Positions 8,856 through 16,763 of a DNA stretch of 30,103 nt are shown here, piece by piece. A program made the translations under genes and the position numbers. Position 1 is the first letter of the stretch. The number at the start of each line of letters is the position of its first letter. The stretch comes from a virus (taxonomy: Duplodnaviria > Caudoviricetes): positions 1 to 30,103 of IMG/VR virus record IMGVR_UViG_3300033406_000034, one strand, 5' to 3'. The notes under the pieces are model-generated. The model did no database searches, was not told the DNA's origin, and was given only the letters and a program-made list of their open reading frames with translations.

Positions 8856-9548
8856 TTATTTCAAGAGTTTAAGTCTTGTGAGAAGTTCTTTGTGCGGCGT
8901 CCCCGCCAATGCAGCCTGCGGCTTCTCTTTTTCCCTAGGAAGCTTTCGTAAAAAAGCGTTGGTGACGGTTAGGCGGTCAAAAATAAAACCCTCTGCCGCA
9001 TCCTGTGCATCAGGCGCGTAGAGGATTTTATCGGCAAAGCCCAGTTCCACCGCTTTTTGCGCGCTGAACCAGGTTTCCGCGTCCATCATATTTGAAATTT
9101 TTCCGCGGGGCAGGCCAGTCCGCTGTTCATAGGCGTTGATAATGCTTTCCTTGACCTCGCTTAGCATCTTGATGCCGCTCGCGAGATCCGCCGCTTCACC
9201 GAAGATTACCGTAGCCGGATTGTGGATCATCATCATGGCCACCGGCGACATCACGATTTCATCGCCAGCCATGGCGATCACCGATGCTGCACTGGCCGCG
9301 ATGCCGTCAATCTTGACAGTGACCTTGCCCTCATACTCCTTGATCATGGTGTAGATCTGGCTGGCCGCGAACACATCGCCGCCTGGAGAATTGAGCCAAA
9401 CCGCGATGTCACCGGCAGATGCCGTAAGCTCGGCCTTGAATTTTTTCGGGGTGATGTCATCGTCAAACCAGCTGTCTTGGGCGATATAGCCGTCAAAATA
9501 GAGTGTGCGGCCGTCCTCGTTTTTTACCCAGTTCCAAAATTTCTTCAT
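8856..9548 (-). CDS. Prohead maturation protease, ClpP-like
   Basis: LNSPGGDVF, DGIAASAASVI (catalytic Ser), MMIHNP, ETWFSAQKAVELGFAD. Confidence 0.95.
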   Translation of the reverse strand: MKKFWNWVKNEDGRTLYFDGYIAQDSWFDDDITPKKFKAELTASAGDIAVWLNSPGGDVFAASQIYTMIKEYEGKVTVKIDGIAASAASVIAMAGDEIVMSPVAMMMIHNPATVIFGEAADLASGIKMLSEVKESIINAYEQRTGLPRGKISNMMDAETWFSAQKAVELGFADKILYAPDAQDAAEGFIFDRLTVTNAFLRKLPREKEKPQAALAGTPHKELLTRLKLLK

Positions 9549-10783
9549 TTGCTTCCCTCCATTCCCTTTGCATTGTTTTGGGCAAATGCCCCCGCGTTAG
9601 CCAGCTTGGTCATGTTGCCGTTGATGAGATACAAGTCTCCGCCCAATTCTGCCGGTATCCGGTTTAGATTTTCCAGTTCGCGGATGTCGTTGCTGGAAAG
9701 CCAGCCGTTTTGCCTGCCTACGGCGTAGCCGTTCATTCGGCTCTGGTAATCTCCGCGGAGTAGCCCATCCACATTGAATTTTACAAAGTACTGCCGCTTT
9801 TCATTTTCACTGAACAAGGCCCGCTGCATGGCTTGCTCCCAGCGCACCACCCATGGGTCCAGGGTGTACATGACAAATTCTAAGGACTGCTGCTCAATAT
9901 TGGAGAAGCTGGATTTCTCCAGATCGCCGATCATGTGGGGCGGAATGCGAAAGATGCGGGCAATCTCGTTAATTTGGAACTTGCGAGTTTCTAAAAACTG
10001 CGCTTGTTCCGGCGGTATGCCGATGCTTTGAAACTTCATACCCTCTTCCAGCACCGCTACCCGATGAGCGTTGCTACTTCCCTGGTACACGGCATTCCAG
10101 CTTTCCCGGATACGCGCCGGATCTTTGACCACGCCGGGATGCTCGAGTACTCCTCCGGGATTTGCCCCATTGGCAAAGAACTTAGCCCCGTATTCTTCGG
10201 TGGCGATGGCCATTCCGATCGCATTTTTGGCCATAGCGATCGGCGAGTAGCCGATAAGGCCGTCAAAGCCAAGTCCTGGAATGTGGAGGACTTCGTAATT
10301 GCGCAATAAAAATGTCTGCCCATCTTTTTCGTATTGGTAGTACAGAATTCCCTGATCGTTCCGGTTGACGAGCATCTTATTGGGTAGCAATGGGTACAGG
10401 CCGACCACTTTGCCCCGCCCGTCCCGGATGATCTGCGCATAAGCATTGCCCCATAACAAAAGATGCCCCATCAGTGTTTCGCGAAACACGAATGAGGTCA
10501 TCTCCGAATTTGGCTCGCTATGGAGCAAATAATAGATTGGATGGTCGATGGCTTTTTCTTTGCCGTTGGCTGTATAACGATAAGTGTGCATTGGCAGCGA
10601 AGCGATGGTTTCCGCCAGGATTCTGACGCAGGCGTAGACCGCAGTGGTCTGCAGCGCCGTTCGCTCATTGACCGTCTTGCCGCTGGAGCTTGCGCCGAAG
10701 AAAAAGCTGTAGGCGCTGCCCCAGAAGCTATTTTGCGGGCTAGCTCTTGTTTGAAAAAATCTCGATATAAAAGGAATTTTCAT
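9545..10783 (-). CDS. Portal protein, HK97 family
   Basis: AVYACVRILAETIASLP, LLWGNAY, GYSPI, QFLETRKFQINEIARIFRIPP. Confidence 0.97.
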   Translation of the reverse strand: MKIPFISRFFQTRASPQNSFWGSAYSFFFGASSSGKTVNERTALQTTAVYACVRILAETIASLPMHTYRYTANGKEKAIDHPIYYLLHSEPNSEMTSFVFRETLMGHLLLWGNAYAQIIRDGRGKVVGLYPLLPNKMLVNRNDQGILYYQYEKDGQTFLLRNYEVLHIPGLGFDGLIGYSPIAMAKNAIGMAIATEEYGAKFFANGANPGGVLEHPGVVKDPARIRESWNAVYQGSSNAHRVAVLEEGMKFQSIGIPPEQAQFLETRKFQINEIARIFRIPPHMIGDLEKSSFSNIEQQSLEFVMYTLDPWVVRWEQAMQRALFSENEKRQYFVKFNVDGLLRGDYQSRMNGYAVGRQNGWLSSNDIRELENLNRIPAELGGDLYLINGNMTKLANAGAFAQNNAKGMEGSK

Positions 10784-10805
10784 GAGTCACCTCCTGAAAA
10801 TAGAC

Positions 10806-10834
10806 GCAAAAAAAGCACCTCCAAAGAGATGCTT
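10806..10834 (-). terminator. Intrinsic terminator closing the moron, upstream of the portal gene
   Basis: RNA AAGCAUCUC-UUUG-GAGGUGCUU running into a U tract. Confidence 0.7.
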
Positions 10835-10861
10835 CTAGAAAATGCTTGTTTTGTCAACACC

Positions 10862-11176
10862 TTATACTTTTTCAAAAGCGTCATCAAACCTTTGCAAAAT
10901 CGGGCAATAATGATGATGATCATGAGAAATACCAACTCTATTTTTTGCCATCATAGCTGCCACAGTACCAACATAACTTGCTGGCGAGCTACATCCGCCT
11001 TTTGCATACAAATGTGCTATAGCTTGTATTTGATTTTTCAACCAGACGGGCATACCGTTAAAGATTTGATTAGACGAAAACTTACATCTAGCATTTCTGC
11101 TTAAAAAGAGAACAACTTCAGTTTCAACAGCATTCAAAAGCCCCGCACCATTTAACAAGATTGCTTGTGGATTCAT
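10862..11176 (-). CDS. Hypothetical moron protein (Cys/His-containing)
   Basis: GGAGGAG RBS 5 nt before ATG at 11176 (MNPQAILL); AT-rich; no family recognised. Confidence 0.7.
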   Translation of the reverse strand: MNPQAILLNGAGLLNAVETEVVLFLSRNARCKFSSNQIFNGMPVWLKNQIQAIAHLYAKGGCSSPASYVGTVAAMMAKNRVGISHDHHHYCPILQRFDDAFEKV

Positions 11177-11190
11177 TTTTTCTCCTCCCA

Positions 11191-11538
11191 TCACAACTTC
11201 TCATACCACATAACATTCGAACTATCTTTGCCTTCTGGTCTGACATTCACAATGGTTCCGTCTTTTACTCGTTTGTAATAAGTTTTTCCAAGAGAAAGTT
11301 TCAAACCCCTATTCATTGTCCATTCAATACCAAAAAGCAACTGAATAGTAAATCGCGTACCAGACGGAAGCTCTTCTACTTTATTTATTAATTTTTTGTA
11401 GCAATTATCAAACTCGCTATTTTTTAGAACTTGCCCTTTGATATACAACGGCACTGTAAGCCCACTTTTGATAGCCTCTATTTCAAGTAACCTAAACTCT
11501 TCATCAGAAAATAAAATCTGCACACTTTTGTTTCCCAT
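11191..11538 (-). CDS. Moron protein: N-terminal ribbon-helix-helix-like segment plus DUF1413-like domain
   Basis: VQILFSDEEFRLLEIEA...GLTVPLYIK is RHH-like; LPSGTRFTIQLLFG-EW...LGK...KDSSNVMWYEK resembles DUF1413; GGAGGAGG RBS. Confidence 0.65.
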   Translation of the reverse strand: MGNKSVQILFSDEEFRLLEIEAIKSGLTVPLYIKGQVLKNSEFDNCYKKLINKVEELPSGTRFTIQLLFGIEWTMNRGLKLSLGKTYYKRVKDGTIVNVRPEGKDSSNVMWYEKL

Positions 11539-11570
11539 TCTGATTACCTCCTCCCTACAGTATCATGTAT

Positions 11571-11654
11571 TTACTCTGATTTTTATTATACAGTAGAGAA
11601 GTCTACTAATCAATATAAAATTACTGAATTTAATTATACAGTAGAACACATCTA
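11571..11654. repeat. Imperfect direct repeat (about 35 bp, two copies) with identical core ATTATACAGTAGA
   Basis: Cores at 11585-11597 and 11633-11645; each is followed by a TAGA-N4/5-TCTA inverted repeat. Confidence 0.75.
11585..11613 (-). promoter_or_regulatory. Sigma-A type promoter of the moron
   Basis: TTGATT (11613-11608), 17-nt spacer, TATAAT (11590-11585). Confidence 0.7.
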
Positions 11655-11699
11655 TAACATGTAACCCTCGTAAGATACTTTTTTTACAAATATTGAAGA

Positions 11700-13292
11700 T
11701 TACACAAATAAAATCCCTCTTCCGTCATATACGCTGGTATCGCCTTTATTTCTTATAGAGCGGTCAAGCGCCATAATGGCAGCTACAATTCCGTCGATCT
11801 TTTCCACCGACTTTTCCTTGTCCGGCTTGATGTTTCCCGCAGGGTCCTGGCGCATGACCACGTTCTGCGCCATCCATCTGAGAACAGGGTTTCCGCCGTG
11901 ATTGATGCTGCCCTCCATTAGCAGTTTATAGAGTTCCTTGGATGGCGGCGACATATCCTTGTATCCCTGTCCGAAGGGAACAACCGTAAATCCCATATCC
12001 TCAAGGTTCTGCACCATCTGCGTGGCGTTCCAGCGGTCATAGGCAATTTCTTTGATGTGGTATTTCTCGCCCAGCTCCTCTATGAACTTTTCAATAAAAC
12101 CGTAGTGGATGACGTTGCCTTCGGTGGTCTGAATATAGCCCTGCAGTTCCCAAACATCATAAAGCACATGGTCGCGGCGGCACCGCAGCTCCAATGTATC
12201 CTTCGGCAACCAGAAGAACGGAAGCACAACATACTTCTCATCCTCCGCGCGCGGCGGAAACACCAGGACAAAAGCGGTGATATCCGAGGTGCTTGAAAGG
12301 TCAAGCCCGCCGTAGCACTCTCTGCCATGAAGCGAATCCATGTCGAGGGGAAGATCGCCCCGGCTATAGATATGCTCCGGAATCCAGCACACGGTCGCCG
12401 AGGTCCATATATTTAAGCGGAGCTGTTTGAATACATTTTCTTCCGCAGGGTTTTCTAGCGCATTTTTATAGGCTTCGCGGACACGCTCTACGGAGATGGT
12501 ATGCCCGAGGGACGGATTTGCCTTGTACCAGTTGTCTTCATCATTCCAATCGTCCTGCTCAGTCAGTCCATATACAACAGGGTAAAAAGTGTTGTCTTGT
12601 CTGCGACCTGCCTTGATGTCCATCGCTTTGGCGTGCAATTCATAACAGATGCTGTTCTTGTCATTCCCTGCTGTGGTTATGATGAAGAACAGCGGCTGTT
12701 CTCGGGCATCGCCGGAACCTTTGGTCAGAACATCGTATAGCCTGCGATCCGGCTGGGCGTGAATTTCGTCAAAAACAAGACCGGACACATTAAGGCCGTG
12801 CTTGGTTCCCGTTTCCGCCGAAAGCACCTGATAAAACCCGGCATTGGAGTAGTTCACGATGCGCTTGGTGGCGGCGGCAATTTTCGACCGTTTCAGCAAA
12901 GCCGGAGACATCTGCACCATCTGCTTTGCCACGTCGAACACAATGGAAGCCTGCGACCTGTCGCAAGCTGCGCCGTATACTTCGGCGCTGGGTTCATTGT
13001 CGGCATACAAAAGGTAAAGGGCAATGGCGGCTGCGAGTTCCGACTTGCCCTGTTTTTTCGGTATTTCTATATAGGCGGTAAGAAACTGCCTTTTGCCGTT
13101 CTCGCCGACAATGCCGAAAAGATCTCGGACGATCTGCTCCTGCCAAGGCAATAGCAGAAACTTTTTTCCCGCCCACTTGCCCTTGGTATGGCAGAGATTT
13201 TCTATGAAAGCGACCGCCCTGTCAGCCTTTGCCTTGTCATAACGGGAAGTTGCAAGCATAAAGGGCGAAGGCGTGTATTGGTACGGCATCAT
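11700..13292 (-). CDS. terL: Terminase large subunit
   Basis: Walker A EIPKKQGKSEL, Walker B VFDEIH, ITTAG coupling motif, nuclease GLDLS...D and KIDG. Confidence 0.97.
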   Translation of the reverse strand: MMPYQYTPSPFMLATSRYDKAKADRAVAFIENLCHTKGKWAGKKFLLLPWQEQIVRDLFGIVGENGKRQFLTAYIEIPKKQGKSELAAAIALYLLYADNEPSAEVYGAACDRSQASIVFDVAKQMVQMSPALLKRSKIAAATKRIVNYSNAGFYQVLSAETGTKHGLNVSGLVFDEIHAQPDRRLYDVLTKGSGDAREQPLFFIITTAGNDKNSICYELHAKAMDIKAGRRQDNTFYPVVYGLTEQDDWNDEDNWYKANPSLGHTISVERVREAYKNALENPAEENVFKQLRLNIWTSATVCWIPEHIYSRGDLPLDMDSLHGRECYGGLDLSSTSDITAFVLVFPPRAEDEKYVVLPFFWLPKDTLELRCRRDHVLYDVWELQGYIQTTEGNVIHYGFIEKFIEELGEKYHIKEIAYDRWNATQMVQNLEDMGFTVVPFGQGYKDMSPPSKELYKLLMEGSINHGGNPVLRWMAQNVVMRQDPAGNIKPDKEKSVEKIDGIVAAIMALDRSIRNKGDTSVYDGRGILFV

Positions 13293-13762
13293 TCACCGCC
13301 TCCCAGTAGCTGCTCCATTTCGTCGGCAGGGTCAACAGAGCCTTCGCCTGCCGCAATTCTGCTCCGAGCCGAAGGTGTCAGGCCGAACTGCTCGCAGAAT
13401 TTCAGCATGATTTTTAGGTTTGTCTGGGCGATGGACACCTGCGGCACTTGCTGCAGATAGCCGTTTGGGGTTCGGATCATCGTACCATGTTGGGTGATGA
13501 ATTCTTCGGCTTCCTTCCAGCGGGCATACGCCTGGCAATATCCCGCAAAGGCCGCCATATCCATTTCCGTCAGCAGCCCCATCTGCTCTAAGAGCTTGCC
13601 CATGCGTTTCCATTCTTTTTTTGCTTCCTCTTCCAGCCACGAGGGACAGCGCGGGGCTTTTTTACTAGGCTTTGGTTCATTTTTGTTCAGTGGCCGTCTG
13701 CCCGGATTGCCTTCCAGTTCCTTAAGAGCGGTCGGTTTTGGTTTTCTTCCTCTCTGCGCCAT
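13289..13762 (-). CDS. terS: Terminase small subunit, P27 family
   Basis: RGRKPKPTALKELEGNPGRR...FGLTPSARSRI; GAGGAGG RBS before ATG at 13762. Confidence 0.95.
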   Translation of the reverse strand: MAQRGRKPKPTALKELEGNPGRRPLNKNEPKPSKKAPRCPSWLEEEAKKEWKRMGKLLEQMGLLTEMDMAAFAGYCQAYARWKEAEEFITQHGTMIRTPNGYLQQVPQVSIAQTNLKIMLKFCEQFGLTPSARSRIAAGEGSVDPADEMEQLLGGGE

Positions 13763-13796
13763 AAGCCCCACCTCCTCTCATCAGCTTTAATGGCAT

Positions 13797-13822
13797 GAAA
13801 AAAAGACCTCCGAAGAAGTCTT
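13797..13822 (-). terminator. Intrinsic terminator upstream of terS
   Basis: RNA AAGACUUC-UUCG-GAGGUCUU running into a U tract; C(UUCG)G tetraloop. Confidence 0.8.
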
Positions 13823-13877
13823 GTGTCTGGTTGTACGAGAAACAGCCCCCTCAAGGGCCGCGTCTCAATATGCTATT

Positions 13878-14096
13878 TCAGTCTATCTTTTTGCACAAAT
13901 CCTCTCCGTAGACCACGCTCAGGCTGCCGCCGTTGTCCCAGGAAACCATAATGCTGCCAAGGTCGTCCACTCCGTTTACCGTCCCGTGAGTGCCAATGGG
14001 CGGCGCCTGTTCGTCATTCATACGCACAAGCTCAACCCTTGTGCCAACGGGATACTGCTTGCGCAGCCGCTCGACTATTTCTCTTTTAACAAACAT
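13878..14096 (-). CDS. DUF4314 family protein
   Basis: YPVGTRVELVRMND...GTVNGVDDLGSIMVSWDNGGSL...GED; GAGGAGG RBS. Confidence 0.85.
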   Translation of the reverse strand: MFVKREIVERLRKQYPVGTRVELVRMNDEQAPPIGTHGTVNGVDDLGSIMVSWDNGGSLSVVYGEDLCKKID

Positions 14097-14892
14097 CGCC
14101 ATCCTCCTCACACGGTTTTTGTTTTCTGGCCAGCAAACGGGCCTTATGCTTTTCCTCCTCTGCCGGTGTGCGAAAGGCGGCGCTGCCGGAAAGACGGGCC
14201 AGCAGGACTTTTCGGGTCTTTTTGAAAGCGTCGCCGCTCATACCCAGCCGAAGCAGCCAGGTTCGCATGGCGTATTTGGGATTGTCCTCTTGGGCGGGTT
14301 TGGAGGAAGAATACTTAAGCTTTCTTGCATTCTCATTCATGCAAGCCACCAGGTCAAGAAAAGCCGCCATTTCGTCTGGTGTCGGATTATCTTTTAACAG
14401 CTTGATAGCCAGAGTATGTTTTTCAAAATTCATTTCCAGGCCAAGGGAACGCTGTGCCTCTACATCAGCCCAGGCCGTTTTAAAGGAATCCATGTCCTCC
14501 ATCGGCCTTTGATGCAAGTCCTCAGCCAAATTTGTGTCGATCAGTGGCTCCGTCAGGCCAAAGGCGCTTACAAGCAAGTGCTGCTTGCTGGCGAGCATGT
14601 TGACCAAGTTCCGCAGGCTCGCTGCCGTATGGCCTTCCAGCGGCAATTCAACCGCATAATCCCCAATCTGCAGATCACTCGGTTCGATTGAATTTGACTT
14701 TGCTTTTGGCTGGCTTAATAGCTCCTCGGCGGAAAATTCGCGCCCCTCTGTATCTTTGATCAAGCCCTGGCGGTCGATTAGGAAGTTTCCCACATCACAC
14801 TGGATTTCAAAGGCGCAACTTGGCACGCCAAGGTATTTGGCTTTGATTCCCCATTTTTCTTCTAGTGCCTGAACCAGTTCTTTGCGAGTCAT
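14086..14892 (-). CDS. Phage 'virulence-related' protein of unknown function
   Basis: RKELVQAL...AKYLGVPSCAF at the N-terminus; NPKYAMRTWLLRLGM-GD-FK-TRK-LL--LSGSAAFR at the C-terminus. Confidence 0.75.
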   Translation of the reverse strand: MTRKELVQALEEKWGIKAKYLGVPSCAFEIQCDVGNFLIDRQGLIKDTEGREFSAEELLSQPKAKSNSIEPSDLQIGDYAVELPLEGHTAASLRNLVNMLASKQHLLVSAFGLTEPLIDTNLAEDLHQRPMEDMDSFKTAWADVEAQRSLGLEMNFEKHTLAIKLLKDNPTPDEMAAFLDLVACMNENARKLKYSSSKPAQEDNPKYAMRTWLLRLGMSGDAFKKTRKVLLARLSGSAAFRTPAEEEKHKARLLARKQKPCEEDGDVC

Positions 14893-15086
14893 TGTTCACA
14901 CCCCGTTTCCCGAATCCATTTTAAGGTGTTCACCAATTCTTCAATTTCGCCAACCGAGTAGATCAGGCATTCGTCATTGTCCTTCGCCGTCGGGGCAAGC
15001 ACTAGGTTGCCTCCCCATTTCCCAACAATCACATAACTTTGCTTTGAGTAGGTGGCTTTAAATCGGTCGTCTTTTTGAATTCTCAT
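14889..15086 (-). CDS. Small hypothetical protein
   Basis: GGGAGGG RBS before ATG at 15086 (MRIQKDDRF); ATGA overlap with the next gene. Confidence 0.65.
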   Translation of the reverse strand: MRIQKDDRFKATYSKQSYVIVGKWGGNLVLAPTAKDNDECLIYSVGEIEELVNTLKWIRETGCEQ

Positions 15087-15098
15087 GTGTTTTCCCTC

Positions 15099-15146
15099 CC
15101 TGTGTTTTGGTAGTCTATATATCACTCTAAACACAGGAATTAGCAA
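15099..15146 (-). promoter_or_regulatory. Putative promoter with a 9-bp inverted repeat
   Basis: Minus strand TTGCTA...TGATATATAG; CCTGTGTTT (15099-15107) and AAACACAGG (15129-15137) flank the -10-like region. Confidence 0.45.
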
Positions 15147-15179
15147 GCGGAATGTGCAAGTATTCCGGCCAAATTTTTC

Positions 15180-15518
15180 CTACAAGTTCGACTGTTCTGA
15201 GCGCTCATACACCATTTTCAGCTGCAGCAGAGAATATACAATCCGATCCAGCAGACGTTCTTCGCATTCGCTGACCGTAATGCCTTTGGCCAGCGCTACG
15301 TTGTGCTTGTCCACTAGCGTTTCGGCCACCAGGAACATGGCGGCGTAAGGGTCTTGAGCATACATTGCTGGGTATAGCCGCTCGGCAGTCTGGCGAAAAT
15401 TCCAGAAAAGATCGCCGCTAGTGCCATAGCCTTCATTTTTTCTGGCAAACAGCTTTTGAATTTCCTCGAACTTATCTTGAATAAATAGGACAAAATCAGT
15501 TCTCCGGGTCGGTTCCAC
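15180..15518 (-). CDS. Nucleotide-modification-associated domain protein (Nmad1/DUF1599-like, all-alpha)
   Basis: LFARKNEGYG---D-F-NF...DK...ERLLDRIVYSLL pattern; adjacent to MTase genes. Confidence 0.6.
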   Translation of the reverse strand: MEPTRRTDFVLFIQDKFEEIQKLFARKNEGYGTSGDLFWNFRQTAERLYPAMYAQDPYAAMFLVAETLVDKHNVALAKGITVSECEERLLDRIVYSLLQLKMVYERSEQSNL

Positions 15519-15522
15519 AGAA

Positions 15523-16716
15523 TCACACCTCCATAGCTTCCGTCAAAGTTGAAATTAGCAATGCGCAGGCAACTTCAAACGCCACATTTACAGTGACCGC
15601 ATTGCCGGCCTGCTTGTAAAGTTGCGAATCAGAGTTTACTGCCTTGGCTTTCTCAAACAGTTCATCGGAAAACCCCTGCAGGCGCCAACACTCCTTGGGA
15701 GTTAGCCGCCGTATCCGAAAACGGGCGTGTTCCAGGGCGGCTATGCCGTGCCTGTCCTGCCCGGTAAGAGTGAACATCGGCTCATCCGGGTCTTTAATCC
15801 GCCTGCCATTCTGCCTTTTTTCTTTCCGATCCGGCGTCAGCACCGGCATCACGCAGGGAATTTTATCAAGCCGCGCAGCTTGCAGGCTCCCCGTTTCCTC
15901 CTGCTTAACGGTGGTGGTAGCGCCATGGGTTTTCTGAATAGCCATGACCGGTGCTTTATAGTCCCTCGCCTTCAGCGTCTGGCAGCAATCACTTGCTTTA
16001 TACCGGCCAATCGTCGGCTGATTTACAAAGTACAGGCCGGTTTTTGCGCCAACACCGCCCGCCTGGCTGGCCAAAGCCACGCTTACTCCAGCCGGGTCAT
16101 ACACCCGGTAGCCTTGCATCCCGCCGATAATTTGCCTAAGACCGCCACCGTTCTCTCGTCCGAAAGGTAGTATTTCTCGTCGACCGCGGCTTCCAAGATG
16201 TCCGACAGTATACACCCGCTCCCGGTTTTGCGGGACTCCATAATCTTTGGAATTGAAAATCTGCCACTGGACATCGTACCCAGCTTCGGCCAGCTCACAG
16301 AGATATTCGAGGAAATCCCATCCGGCATTGCTAGATAAAAGGCCTTTAACATTTTCGAGGATAACCCATTCGGGTTTATCTTCTTCCGCTTTGCTTTTGA
16401 GGAGGTCAACGAAGTCAAAAAACAGTCCGCTTCGTTCACCATGAAGCCCGCTTCTTCCTCCTGCAACAGAGAGGTTTTGACAAGGACTTCCCGCAGTCCA
16501 TATATCTGCTTGAGGAATGTCATCTGCTCGGAGTTTCGTGATGTCACCTCCATACCATTCTCCTTCCGTATCATACATGGCGCGGTAAGACCGCACCGCA
16601 AATTTATCGTTTTCGCAAAATCCGACGCACTTCATGCCGGCCAGTTCCAAGCCCCGGCGAAAACCGCCGATGCCGGAAAAGAAATCGATAAAAGTAAGCT
16701 GCCTTGCATCAGCCAT
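15523..16716 (-). CDS. DNA (cytosine-5) methyltransferase
   Basis: Motif I DFFSGIGG, IV GSPCQ, VI LENV, VIII QNRERVY, IX RRLTPKECWRLQGF, X YKQAGNAV. Confidence 0.95.
   Translation of the reverse strand: MADARQLTFIDFFSGIGGFRRGLELAGMKCVGFCENDKFAVRSYRAMYDTEGEWYGGDITKLRADDIPQADIWTAGSPCQNLSVAGGRSGLHGERSGLFFDFVDLLKSKAEEDKPEWVILENVKGLLSSNAGWDFLEYLCELAEAGYDVQWQIFNSKDYGVPQNRERVYTVGHLGSRGRREILPFGRENGGGLRQIIGGMQGYRVYDPAGVSVALASQAGGVGAKTGLYFVNQPTIGRYKASDCCQTLKARDYKAPVMAIQKTHGATTTVKQEETGSLQAARLDKIPCVMPVLTPDRKEKRQNGRRIKDPDEPMFTLTGQDRHGIAALEHARFRIRRLTPKECWRLQGFSDELFEKAKAVNSDSQLYKQAGNAVTVNVAFEVACALLISTLTEAMEV
16083..16553 (-). CDS. Nested +1-frame ORF inside the C5-MTase (M.EcoHK31I beta-like polypeptide), 156 aa
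   Basis: AAGGAG 6 nt before ATG at 16553; the frame stays open across motifs IV-VIII; encodes WPKLGTMSSG...CILSDILEAAVDEKYYLS. Confidence 0.65.
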   Translation of the reverse strand: MEVTSRNSEQMTFLKQIYGLREVLVKTSLLQEEEAGFMVNEADCFLTSLTSSKAKRKKINPNGLSSKMLKAFYLAMPDGISSNISVSWPKLGTMSSGRFSIPKIMESRKTGSGCILSDILEAAVDEKYYLSDERTVAVLGKLSAGCKATGCMTRLE

Positions 16717-16763
16717 GATTGTCCGCCCCTTTCAAAAACAAAAGGCACGGAACAATCCATGCC

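Noticed and set aside
11620-11645. Resemblance of TACTG...CAGTA to an E. coli-type LexA box
   Set aside because: Spacing is CTG-N12-CAG rather than N10, and Bacillota LexA boxes are GAAC-N4-GTTC.
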